Assembly: GCF_001194135.2 (NCBI RefSeq)
Contig: NC_069004.1
Span: 22,124,460 to 22,188,459, forward strand
Direction of reading: 5' to 3'
From: Octopus bimaculoides
Lineage: Eukaryota
DNA length: 64,000 bases
Part shown: one piece after another, positions 13,183-24,922 of the stretch
Layout: every line of letters starts with the position of its first letter
Numbering within the stretch: position 1 is the first letter of the stretch
Translations under genes and position numbers: made by a program
The notes under the pieces: model-generated
What the model was told of the DNA's origin: nothing
What the model saw: the letters and a program-made list of their open reading frames with translations, nothing else
The model's database searches: none

Positions 13183-13892
13183 GGCATACCTACACATGTG
13201 TGCCCCACCTGACTTTCTTTCCTCATAACTCCCAGAAAAATGCATATTTTTTAATGAAATTTTCTACAAATATGCTTCAGACAATGTAGATTCCAATAAT
13301 TTGTAGTGGAACATGTTTTCTGTGGTCAGGGAGAGGAATTTCAGAAAATTCCCACAAGTAGGATTTGTTTCCATATAAATTTCAGAAAATGAATATTTTT
13401 TGATAAAATTTTCTACAAATAGCATTCAGAGTGTGTAGATTATGATTATATCAGAATTTAATATGAGAAATGAAAATTGGTAGGTTCACACACTTACTAA
13501 CACATATCACAGATATTGACAAAATGAAACTCGAAATTTCTAAAAGAAAAAATGTGATGTGTGTGTGTCAGTATGTATGCTTGTTCTCACCTTTGTCTTT
13601 TCACATCAAATTCCAATATAATCACAATTTACACACTCTGAAAGGTATTTATAGAAAATTTCATTAAAAAATGTCCATTTTTCTGAAAGTTGTGAGGAAA
13701 CAGAGCCAACTTGTGGAAATTTTCTGATACTCCTCTCCCCACCCACAGAGAAATCTTTTCACAACAAATTCCAATATAATCAGAATCTACAACATCTGAA
13801 GCATATGTGTAGAAAATTTTATTAAAAAATACTTATTTTTCTGGAAACTATGTGAAAACAATGTCAGTAGGGCACATTTGTGTAGTTATGCC
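13183..13892. mobile_element. Non-autonomous foldback element with long TIRs and 8-bp TSD (Merlin-like)
   Basis: Ends GGCATACCTACAC... and ...GTGTAGTTATGCC; exact TSD CATTGCTT at 13175-13182 and 13893-13900; imperfect inverted arms of about 300 bp, each with two sub-repeats. Confidence 0.85.
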
Positions 13893-14801
13893 CATTGCTT
13901 TAACATAAGTCATACTAAGTTCACATTGCTATTAAACATCTACATATCAGCTTGCATCACTTCACTTTCATTTTGTAACAATATTTGATAATGTAACTGC
14001 ATGTCATATATAAACAAACAATACACTTCTTTCATTTGGTTTGCATCAAGAGGGTGACAATAATGTGAATGAGATGGGCTCAATTTTTCACTACACATAA
14101 GGATAGATAGGATAATGGTAATTACAATAATATTGTGTATGGTAACGAATATGAATTGTATTAAAAATGCATCAAAGTGTGTGTATATATAAATGAATAC
14201 ACACACACTCACAGCCACATTAAAATCTATTGGCGGTATTTAGGTAGTAAATTTAATTGCATGTTCTTTTATCATAATTGCATTTCGTCTTGTAGCTCTA
14301 TTTTATGTTTCCCACTATTGACATTCAAGCTTCCTTCATGTTGCAAGTCGTGCCAGCATTCTTTTCACATGCATGATATATGTATAATTATGCATATACA
14401 CAGATGGAATTTATTTTCCAAGCAAGGTAATATTTCCCATGATCAGATATATTTTTCATGAAAGACTGAAAATGAACAGGCTTGTTTATAACCATCACAT
14501 GACATCAAGACAGGAATAGACACAAATATGCGAACACACATGTACATGCATGCACACGCACACAAACACATACTTACACACACGCACACACATCATTAGA
14601 AGGTGAAAACTTCTTGGCACTTAAGTTTTATATTTTCACTTTTAAAATAAGATCAGTATGTTAACTTGAATAGCATCAAAAAATTTGTGGCACCTATTTG
14701 TAAATGAAATGTTTTAAACTATATTTAATGTATTGAGTACTTCTACTTTTTGTTTATAAAAACAAGCTTATCTCTCTCTCTCTCTTTTTCATACTTTCTC
14801 A

Positions 14802-14843
<42 letters not shown>

Positions 14844-15534
14844 GCATATATTGAATTCACAATGATTTTTTTTTTGTTAGCTGTTGCTTGGTGCATAATG
14901 GATACAAGCATTGATAATCTGTTAAAACTGAAGTCAGCTGAAGATTCTGTTTGTGTCTATGTATATATGTACATATGTATAAATATATGTATTTATGCAT
15001 CTATCAATGTATGTATATATGTGTGTCTTAATGTGTGTGCATATATATACATATATCTATATATATATGTATGTGTGTGTGTGTGCATATGCACATGCAT
15101 ACACATTTTAACACAGCAGCTGCAGAGAAGCATCAAAATACGAGTGAATGTAGAATAAATCAGAAAATAGTAAAAACAGACTGATGATAGCTTTCTATTC
15201 TAGCAATACTATCACATGCAAATTACTGTTTTGGAGGGGACAGTATAAAAAAATAAATAAAATATATACATAGTTCCTGTTGCAGCCAATAAAATATTTA
15301 CTTGTTGTGCAATGTAGAAAAAGAAAAGAAAACCCCAAAATCATTAAACAGCTGACTGTATTTGCATTTATATGTTTCCATCTTGAAAACAGTACATTTA
15401 TTTTCAAAGATGTCATTGTTTCACATGGAACATACTAAATATCTGCAGAGACATTCTCCTGCTTAGCATAGCTATTAGCATAATTTATGCTGAGATTGGA
15501 ATACATGTGTATATAAATATATATATATATATTG

Positions 15535-15748
15535 GTTTCAAATTTTGATACTAGGCCAGCAAGCATGAGTGGGGAGGTAAGTTGATTATATCGACTCCAG
15601 TGCTCAACTGGTACTTATTTTATCAACCCTGAAAGGATGGAACACAAAGTTGACCTCAGCAGTTTTTGAACTCAGAATATAAAGACAGATGAAAAGTTGC
15701 TAAGCATTTTTCCTGACGTGGTTAACGATTCTGTCAGCTCGTTGCCTT
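15535..15748 (-). mobile_element. SINE family A copy
   Basis: ggtttcaaattttgatactaggcc...gattctgtcagctcgttgcc. Confidence 0.85.
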
Positions 15749-15989
15749 ATTACATGTATATATATTACCAATGTCATGTACTTAATGTATATACTTTGCT
15801 TATGTGCTTATTGGCAGTGGGATCTGTCCTGGGCAAAGTCCCTTGAAGATGTTGAGTGATAAGAAAAACACTGAATAAAAAAAAAACACTCAAACCAAAT
15901 GAAATGAATTGCCCCATAGGCAAATGAGAATAGTGAGTATAAATAATTCACTGTTATTTCAGCCCACGCTCTTAACCACTATGCACATG

Positions 15990-16224
15990 GGCATATGGCA
16001 TAGCGGTTAAGAGCACGGGCTACTAACCCCAAGATTCCAAGTTAGATTCCAGGCAGTGAACTTAATAATAATAATAATAATATCAAAAAATACCTTAGGA
16101 ATGAGAACCCAAGTTTGAAATTTCCCGAAGACACCTGAAGAAGGCTGGAGGGTGTATTGGCTGAAACGTTGTGTTAACAACAAACAAGATGAGTACGAAT
16201 ATCCGTCAAATGTAAATAATGTAG
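15990..16224 (+). mobile_element. tRNA-headed short element with (TAA)n linker and Penelope-type hammerhead-bearing 3' part
   Basis: A-box-like TGGCATAGCGG and B-box-like AAGTTAGATTCC (16039-16050), (TAA)n at 16062-16081, then a segment shared with 48403-48533. Confidence 0.6.
16130..16175 (+). ncRNA. Minimal type I hammerhead ribozyme motif (Penelope-associated, dimer-type)
   Basis: GACAC-CTGAAGA-A-GGCTG(gagggtgtat)TGGCT-GAAA-CGT-T-GTGTT. Stem I is GACAC/GTGTT, core CUGANGA and GAAA are intact, stem III is the palindrome AACGTT, and stem II is weakened by three G-U pairs. Confidence 0.6.
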
Positions 16225-16691
16225 TTCTAATATTGTTAATATTACTGATGTCACATACTTAAGGTATGGGTTTTGTTTATCTATTTATTAGCTGCAGAAT
16301 TTCGTCCAAGGGAAATAGCTTTAAGTGTTGAAAAATATAGAACACTTCAAACCAGATGAAACAAATTGATCCAAACCAGATGAAATAAATAGATGAATAA
16401 GAAGAATGACTATCAATATTTTGCTGTTATTTCAGCTTTTCGACACCATATACCTGAGTCACCTCAAAACAAATTCAAATCATAAATGCAGATAGTTAAA
16501 ATCTATCAACTGATGTGCAACAGTGTCACACAAGTGAAGCAAAATTCAAGTTTGAATTAGAAGCAGCTCTAATAATATAACAGGACTTTTCACTGAACAA
16601 ATCCTGCAGCCAATAAATGCATAAACAAAGAACATACATTAAGCTGACATGAAAATGATGATGATGATAAAATACTGATCAGTTTACTTAC

Positions 16692-17078
16692 GTCTATTTT
16701 CTTTGAAAGTTCTTTGGCTTTTTCCTCTAAAACTAATTCCAGTTGTCTCCTCTTCGTCTCCTCTTCTAAGGCGGTGTTACGTAAAGTTTCCATCTCTACG
16801 CGGTCAGCATCAATTTGTTTCACCATAAGTCCTTTGCTCTGTAACATTTCTAACAATTTTTTTATACTTTCATCCCTTGCAGCCAAGGTCTGTTTTTGGG
16901 TGGCAATTCTGATTTCCATTTCCTCCACAGTCTTCCGTAAAATAACAAGTTCTTTGTTTTGTTTGTCCTGTTCATATTTCATATTATCCATCTCCTCTTC
17001 ACTAACCGTCCGGTTACTTACTGACTGTCGTGTCTGGTCCAGCTGTAACTGCAGCTCTTTCCCCAATGAACTTTGTCT
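16692..17078 (-). CDS. ERC1: Internal coding exon (129 aa) of ELKS/CAST/ERC (Bruchpilot-family) active-zone scaffold protein
   Basis: Translation contains KELVILRKTVEEMEIRIATQKQTLAARDESIKKLLEMLQSKGL, matching the conserved ERC1/ERC2/BRP motif ELFLLRKTLEEMELRIETQKQTLNARDESIKKLLEMLQSKG. Acceptor ttgttgttttgcAG at 17080-17079, donor GTAAGT at 16691-16686. Length 387 nt, phase 0 at both ends. The symbol denotes the family; invertebrates usually have a single ERC gene. Confidence 0.95.
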
Positions 17079-17326
17079 CTGCAAAACAACAACAATGACA
17101 TTCAGATGAAGAATTGGAAGCAAAATATGGCAGTTTTGAAAAAGATCAAGTAAAGAAAGAAAGTTTGGGGTTCATATTTTAAATGTGGCTGAAAGGGTTA
17201 AGAAACTCGTTTTGCAACCATGTAGTTTTGGGTTAAGTGTGCTGAACCAAGTATCTTCTACTACAGCCCTGGGCTGACCAATATCTTGTGAATGCATATG
17301 CTAGACAGAAACTTGTGAAAGCCTGT

Positions 17327-17373
<47 letters not shown>

Positions 17374-17398
17374 ATATTTATGTCTTTCAAACACATAC

Positions 17399-17435
<37 letters not shown>

Positions 17436-18109
17436 CACACACACATGTACACAATGGTTTTCTTTCACTTTCTGTATGCCACATTCACTCACAAGGCTTA
17501 TTCAGCCTGAAGCTGTAGAAGAAGACGCTTACTCAAGGTGGCACATAGTGAGACTGAACCCGGAACCATGTGGCTGGGAAGCGAACTTCTTACCATACAG
17601 ACATGCCTGCACCTATCAATAAAGTTTAGTCAACACTGTGCGTATAAATGGATGTTAACATTGCTTTTATATACAATATCTTTGTGGACAGAAAAAACCT
17701 TATCAGTTGGACAAGCTTGTGTTGGGATTTCATCAGCAACTGCATTGCTGCTTTAACTATCCACCGAGACACCGCTTACAAAAGCCACTTTAAGTAACAA
17801 GGGCTTTAAGTAACATGGATAGACCAATTTGCATACATAATGCATTCTTGGTAGCTACTTCACTTAAAAAAAAATTACAGGTACATTTATAGTATTTTGT
17901 TTCAATGCTATACTGTTCTATGGAATATATATCTATAGAATTTTAACTCAGCACTGTATGTAAAAGACTGCTTTAAACAATTTGATTTTAAATAAAATAT
18001 CTTTTTAATCTTTTATCTTTTATTTGTTTCAGTCATTAGACCACAGCCATGTGGGGGGGGGGGTCACTGCCTTGAAGACAAAAGAAAAATAAACAGAGAN
18101 NNNNNNNNN

Positions 18110-18161
<52 letters not shown>

Positions 18162-18859
18162 CATGTTTGTCCCTTCCCCACTGCCTGCCTGACAACCAAT
18201 GTTGGTTTGTTTGTGTCTTTTGGCAAAAGAGAGTGATAGAATGAGTACTATAAGTAAGATAAGTACTGAAGTTGATTAGGTTGATTCAACCCTTCAAGGC
18301 AGTGCCCCAGCCTGACCACAGTCCAATGACTGAATCAAGTAAAATATAGGGTGGGCCAAAAGTCATGCACCAAAACGTTTGTCATTTTATTCATAGTTAT
18401 TGAGTGAGAGCAGTACATGCCATCACAGTGACACTGGGGTAAAATATACGAAGCCCAGTATACCCATCATGACTACCTGTCTGATAAGGGTACACCAAGC
18501 ACATACAACACAACTATATGTGCAATGTGATCTCATACCAAAATAAACAGTGCATGACTTTGCATGTGGGGCCCAATTAGAATTTTCTTCATGTCGAGTA
18601 GCCCATCCCACTCAAAGGGTTGCTTAAGGATGTTGAAGGAAACGCCCATGTTTCCAAAGGTGAATTATTCAAACCCCAAAGAATTCCTCTCAACACATGG
18701 CTATGATGCTCCACCACTACTTCTGCTCATGATCATATTGTCCTTCTATTATTTAGAAACCTTATTGTTTCTTTTTATCTAAATCTCATTTCATTATCAC
18801 AATTACAAAGCGTTTCAGAATCGTTTACCTTTAAAGCAAAAAAACAAAACCAACGTAAT

Positions 18860-19196
18860 TTCTAGACAATCAAATTTGGTACAGATTGATCCAGCGGTTT
18901 GGCTGTGCATAGAGGAAACACACACACAGAGTAAAAATAAAAGTGAAACAATAAAAGTGAAACTATAGTGTTATGGAAAGTGAAACTATTATACTGCTGC
19001 GAAAAAAAATGGGAAGGGTCTAGGGGGGGGGGTACAGCCTTCTACATGGACAAGGGTTAAATTTGATCCCCTAGAATCTCCCCGAGTAATGAAAAACCTT
19101 CATGCCAAATTTGGTACAGATTGATCCAGCAATTTGGCCATGCATAGAGGAAACACACACATATGCACACACACAGAGGATTTTATATATAAAGAT
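18860..19196 (+). mobile_element. Possible non-autonomous Helitron/Helentron-like element
   Basis: Duplicated aaatttggtacagattgatccagc...gcatagaggaaacacacac (about 18871 and 19108) and a terminal ttttatatataaagat, resembling Lep1/HINE-type ends. Family call from memory only. Confidence 0.35.
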
Positions 19197-19429
19197 ATAT
19201 CAATGTCTTATGAAAGCTAGGGACAGACTTAAAAAGAGGAAATAATACAACTAATAATAATTCCAAACAAGATACTCTTATTGTCCTGATGACAACTGTC
19301 AGCAGATTCAAGACATGAAAAACCATGAGAGTTACTGGATCACTGGTTACCCGAGTAAAGAGGGCTAACTTGTATTAGTATTTCTCAGTCATCCATCTTC
19401 TCTACCCACTATTCCTGGAAGGGCCATGG

Positions 19430-19690
19430 CAATAGGACCCTATGAAGAGTCACCCCTTCCATATCCTTCCAGGGTCCTATCAGAAGCAACTGTCACCACA
19501 CATTCTGACTGGGTTCCCAAGTGTGACCACCCGAGACTATGGATATTGTCCAACCACCTGGCATATAGTCTACCCCTAGGTCTCCTGCCTGTTGGACTGG
19601 ATTGAAGAATGTGCCTTGTGGATTCTTTCCTATAACATTCTAACCACATATCCATATTACTAGAACTGTGACCTTTTAACATAGATTAGA
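19430..19690 (-). mobile_element. RTE LINE 3' fragment
   Basis: ORF track reads ILQSSPTGRRPRGRLYARWLDNI, the RTE GRRPRGRP..RW.D motif. Confidence 0.65.
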
Positions 19691-21089
19691 TGATTGAGAA
19701 TACTTAGAATTTGGTAGAAGTTGTTGTTGTTTTCGTTGTTGATCTCCAATAATCTGTGACTGAAATAACCAATGATCAAAGGTGTTCCAAACATGACCAT
19801 TCCTCTTTATTCAGATATAAAGTATATCTAAGACTATATTATTCAATATCTTTCATTTTCCAAGACTGAAGCATGGGAGTAGAAGGAATACAGGCTGTTA
19901 TTCTAAGCAGGTCAAATGAAACTGTATGGTTAGTGATTAGGGTATTTGGCTCATGATTGAAAAGTTGTGAGTTCAATTCCTGGTAGCATGATCTGTCCAT
20001 TGCTTCAGTCCACTCAGCTGCCAAAAATGAGTTGTACCTGTATTTGAGCACATAACAAATGAAATATTTGGGCTAGATATAGTGCCAAAAAAGGTTAAAA
20101 AAACAAAATCTGTCACAAAACCCCCATCATTTTAGGTTGCTTTTAGTTTACATTCCCATTAGTTATGTCACTCTTGAAATCACATTCTTACTAATTTTCT
20201 TTAACTTATAGCCAGAAGTCAATATGAGACTGATAATTTCAATTCTACATTTCCACAGAAAATATATGCTCCAATTTACAATGTCTTCTGCTAAATACAA
20301 GTCTGCTCTGAGGGCAGTAGAAATAATGAATAGCATCAACAGGGACTGCAAGGCAGCTTGCAGAAAACTTGAGACTAATAGAGACTGTGACACTTGCTGT
20401 TATCAGAATGCTACCAGATAGACACTAGAGATGCTTGGTGACTGATAGACATACCTTCAACAAAATGCTACTAGACAGGCTACACACAGACATCACGAAC
20501 CCCAACAGCCCCTCAAAGAGCAAGACAAGCAGAGGCTAGATCCTGGCCAAATATGTATCAGTTGTGGAAAAGAGGTGCCTGCAACTATGATGCTGGACAG
20601 GACTATGCTTGTTAAAAAATAGTTTCCGTTGGTACCATGTCTAAGATTTGTGACAGATGCTTGGCTAAGAAAATAAGAGACAAAAATAATATTCTGTTCC
20701 AATGGAAAAGTTAATATATCAGTCTTTAGTGAGTCACCAGAGACCCTAAAATAGCTTCTTACTGCCACTACTGAATAATCTGAGTAGTGAAGGTACATAG
20801 CTTAGTGATTAGGGTATTCGATTCATGATTGTAAGGTCATGAGTTCGATTCCCAGATGCACATTATGTCCTTGAGCTAGACACTTTATTTTACATGCTCC
20901 AGTCCATTCTGCTGGCAAAGATGAGTTGTACCTGTAATTCAAATGGCCAGCCTTGTTACATTTTGTGTCATATTGAATCTTTCTGAGAACTACATGAAGG
21001 GTATATGTGTCTGTGGAGTGCTCAGCAACTTACAGATTAATTTCACAAGCAGGCTGTTCTATTGGTCATATCAATTGGAACCGACTTGT

Positions 21090-21470
21090 TTCAGTCATTA
21101 GGCTGTGGCCATGCTGGGGCTTCACCTTGAGGAATTTTAGTTGAATTAATCATCCACAGGACTTATTCTTTGTAAGCTATGTACTTATTCTATTGATCTC
21201 TTTTGCCAAACCACTAAGTTACAGGGACGTAAGCACACCAACACCAGTTGTCAAGCGGCAGTGGGGGACAAATACAGATGCAAAGACACACACAACCACA
21301 CATATACAACAGGCTTCTTTCAGTTTCCGTTGACCAAATCCACTCACAAGACTTTCGTTGATCTGAGGCTATAGAAAAAGTCACTTGCCCAAAGTGCCAC
21401 ACAGTGGGAGTGAATCCAGAACCATGTAGTTGGGAAGTAAACTTCTTACCACACAGCCATGCCTGTGCCT
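21090..21470 (-). mobile_element. SINE family B, complete two-part copy
   Basis: Head, core, short microsatellite and tail (..cagcatggccacagcc..aatgactgaaacaag) all present in reverse orientation. Confidence 0.8.
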
Positions 21471-22698
21471 AACCTGGTATTTTTATTCAGTACACTCCAA
21501 TTTGGTATAAGTCATCGACACAACAAATAGTGAAATATACTATTCATATCAAATACATAGGACAGTGCCAAATTGCTATAAAACCAGTGTAAAATAATTT
21601 AATGAAAATTAACTAATTAAGAGAAATAGAACAATGGTATATTAAATCAGTTATTCCTTGAACAACTCAGGGTCATTTATAGCTTCTTTTAACCCTGGGC
21701 AACATTGGGTGTTCTGTGTGTGTGTGTGGGGGGGGATTGAACCTAATACTAATACATGGTTGTGGCCTTCCCTACAGAGGTCCCCCATTAATGGCAATTC
21801 GATGACTGACTTCAGAGAGAAGAGAGGCAGAAGAGACCCCAGCCTCTCGTATATCAAGGTCATATGATGTGTTGTTCGTAAATGAATTTCATAGATTCAA
21901 TTGCTGTTGTTAGAAAGTGACCTGAGGTTTAATATTCAATGGGAAGGTGAAAAATCTCAATCAATTTTAAACAGATAAAACAAAAGGTTCTCTCTCCATA
22001 ATAAGTCAACTAATAGGTTTCCTCTTGTAAGCTGGTTGTGGGTAGTTTAACAAGGGTGCTTCTGTGTGTACAGCTGTGAGTGCATATTTGTTTGTGCATG
22101 CATATGCATAACTATACATGTGTATACATGCCTGTGTACATGTTTGTTTTTGTGCATGTATCTCTTTTGTAAGCATGTGAGTGTATTTCCATATGTGTGT
22201 GTGTGTGTGAGTGCAGTATCATGTCTGTGTGTTGTGTGCATATGTAGGTAAACATGAATGTACACACATACATTTTATGAGTGCGTATGTGCCTCCACAT
22301 GTGAGTACCTGCATATACCACATGTATATGTATGAACATACAAGTCTCTGTATATATGTTTAAATGTGCATAAGTTAGTACATGTATGTGTACACATATT
22401 TGTGAGTGTGTGTGTGTATGTGTGTGTAAAGTGTAATAGGTTTAATGTAAGATAAACACAGAGTGACAGCTACATCAAGTTGATGAAAGATTGAAGTAGC
22501 AAATTAGTTGAAGGGCTTCTATAATACGAACACTGGAGCTGACGGATTCACTCATTTTCTCACTTTCTCTCTACCATGCAGACATTTTCTTTCTCTTTTG
22601 AATACCTGGGGGGGGGGGGAGTAACTCTTATATATGTTAAGCCCTTCTTTGCTTTAGCTTAATAAGTAAGGGCTAAGAAACAGGTCGTTGGTTAGAAT

Positions 22699-22984
22699 TA
22701 GTGGTTCTCAACCAGGGCATCCATATAAGATTTTCTAGTTAAAATTAATCTGCAATAAATTGGTTATACCTCTGCAATACACAAAATATTCTATCAATTT
22801 TTTAATACAATTTTATACAAATAGATGTAAGCGTGACTGTGTGGTAAGAAGTTTGCTTCCTAATGCTTTCAGGTTCAGTCCCACTGCATGGCTACATTAG
22901 CCTCAGGCTGACCAAAGCCTTGTGAATGGATTTGGTAGGCAGAAACTGAGAGAAGCTCGTCATGTATGTGTGTGTGCATGTGTA

Positions 22985-23050
<66 letters not shown>

Positions 23051-23465
23051 GATATAGATATATATAGATAGATAGAAAGATAGATAGATAAATGGATGTG
23101 TGTGTCTCTGTGTTCGTGTTTGTCCCTCACCACTGCTTAACAACCGGTGTTGGTATTTATATCCCTGTAATTTAGCGGATTGGCAAAAGAGACTGATAGA
23201 AGTAGTACCAGGATTAAAAAAATAAAATAAAATAAAATAAGTATATGGAGTGATTCAATTGACTAAAAATTCAAGGCGGTGCCCCAGCATGGCCAGTCTG
23301 GTGACTGAAACAAGGAAAAAATACAAGATAAAAAAATTTCTAATATATTTAACTATGAAAATATATGATTTATTGAAACATCAGATGGTTAGGAGGGTAG
23401 ATTCTAGTAAAACAGGGATGTAAAATCAAAGGGGTCCAAAGGTTAAAAATGGTTGAGAAACATTG
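22699..23465. mobile_element. hAT-type MITE interrupted by a SINE
   Basis: TIRs tagtggttctcaacc / ggttgagaaacattg; 8-bp TSD gttagaat (22691-22698) vs gtcagaat (23466-23473). Confidence 0.75.
22830..23325 (+). mobile_element. SINE family B with long internal (TG/TA/TAGA)n tract
   Basis: Head 22830-22960, microsatellite 22962-23105, tail 23110-23325. Confidence 0.8.
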
Positions 23466-23635
23466 GTCAGAATGAAAAGCGAAGTGGGCCTTACAATTTG
23501 AACATAAACATCAAGTCAAAGGGTGATGGTGTGTGATTATTTCAATGAATGTAATGGTACTACTAACTCAGAATTAGAAGCTAGCGTATATATAATTTCA
23601 GTAAAAACCAACTTACTGAACCATTACAAAATGTA

Positions 23636-24922
23636 TCAGGTCATCCCATAAGTTCTGTCCGAATTTTGAATAAAGAAAACAAGTGATCAAATGTTATATT
23701 TAATTGAAATTTAATCACCAATGTACTTTCCCTGATTATCTATGACTTCCTTCCATCTATTTACAAGCTTTTTAATCCCATCAGTGTAAAACTCCTTTGG
23801 TTTCAAAGCGAAGAACTCTGAAATGTCAGTTTCGACCTCCTCCTGGCTTGCGAAAGTTATGTCCCTCAAATGATTCTGTAAACTACGAAACAAATGCTAG
23901 TCTGAAAGAGCAAGGTCGGGAGAATAAGTTGGATGAGGAATTTTTTCCCAACCAATCTCTTCGATCTTCTGTGATGTGATCTTTGCAGTGTGGAGTCGTG
24001 CATTGTCCTGATGAAGCATCATTCCTTTTCGATTCACTTAAGAGGGTAATTTGTTTTTTCTTCAAAACTTGGTTCAAACGCTCTAATTGCTAACAGTAGA
24101 CTTGAGCATTGATTGTTGCATTAGGTGGTAACAATTCAAAGGGAATTACTCCTTTGCAATCCCACCAGATAGAGAGAAAAATCTTTTTTCCATGAAGTTC
24201 TCTTCTCGGTTGTGGTTGAGCTTTTTCCCTTTCACCAAGCCACTGTTTACAACGTTTAACATTTCGATAGATCCATTTTTCGTCACCAGTCACAAGTCTA
24301 TCCAAAAAGGGTGAAATGAGTTTGTGAGAATGGGGAGAAGAGCAGATGTCAACTCAAGATTTGCGGTTGCTTTCGGACAATTCATGAGGCACCCATTTTC
24401 CAAGTTTAGGAACCTTTCCAAGTTGTTGAAGATGATGATGAACAGTTCTATGGTTTGAACTAAGCTTTATTGCCAATTCTTCAACTGATAATGCAGGATT
24501 TTCTTCACGTAATGCCTCAAGGAACTTATACTCAAACTCAACTGGACGTCTTGTTCGATCTTCATTTGCAAGGTTGAAATCTCCACTTCTGAATTTTGCC
24601 AACCATCTTCTGCAAGTTCTTTCATTCAAGCATTCTTTCCCATAAACTGAGTGTATATTTCGAGTCGCTTCGGATGCAGAGTTTCCTTTTTTTGTACTCA
24701 TAAAGCATTATGTGCCTTAAATGCTCTTTGGATACTTCCATGTTAGAAAGGGTTTTAATTAAAGAAATTTTAACTCTATTATTCTGTAAAATAATATTTA
24801 ATTAGTTTAAATGTACACAAATGCATAAAACTAATTTTTAATTCCATTAGACATTCTAAAATACTATTAAATTTCATTCAATTTTAAAAAAAGGTAAAAT
24901 CGGACAGAACTTGTGGGATGAC
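23636..24922 (-). mobile_element. Near full-length decayed mariner transposon
   Basis: TIRs gtcatccca(t/c)aagttctgtccg at both ends, right tip eroded. Transposase motifs WVPHEL, VTGDEKW and FRSLQNHL occur in several frames; start ATG at 24741. Confidence 0.93.

Noticed and set aside
15990-16060. Possible tRNA gene (also SINE heads at 413, 2800 and 63027)
   Set aside because: No complete cloverleaf or acceptor stem and degenerate B-boxes; these are SINE heads.
16714-17109. 131-aa plus-strand ORF
   Set aside because: Antisense shadow of the ERC exon.
20200-20720. Possible RTE RT remnant (NKMLLDRL)
   Set aside because: Only one short motif; too degenerate to support a call without a database search.
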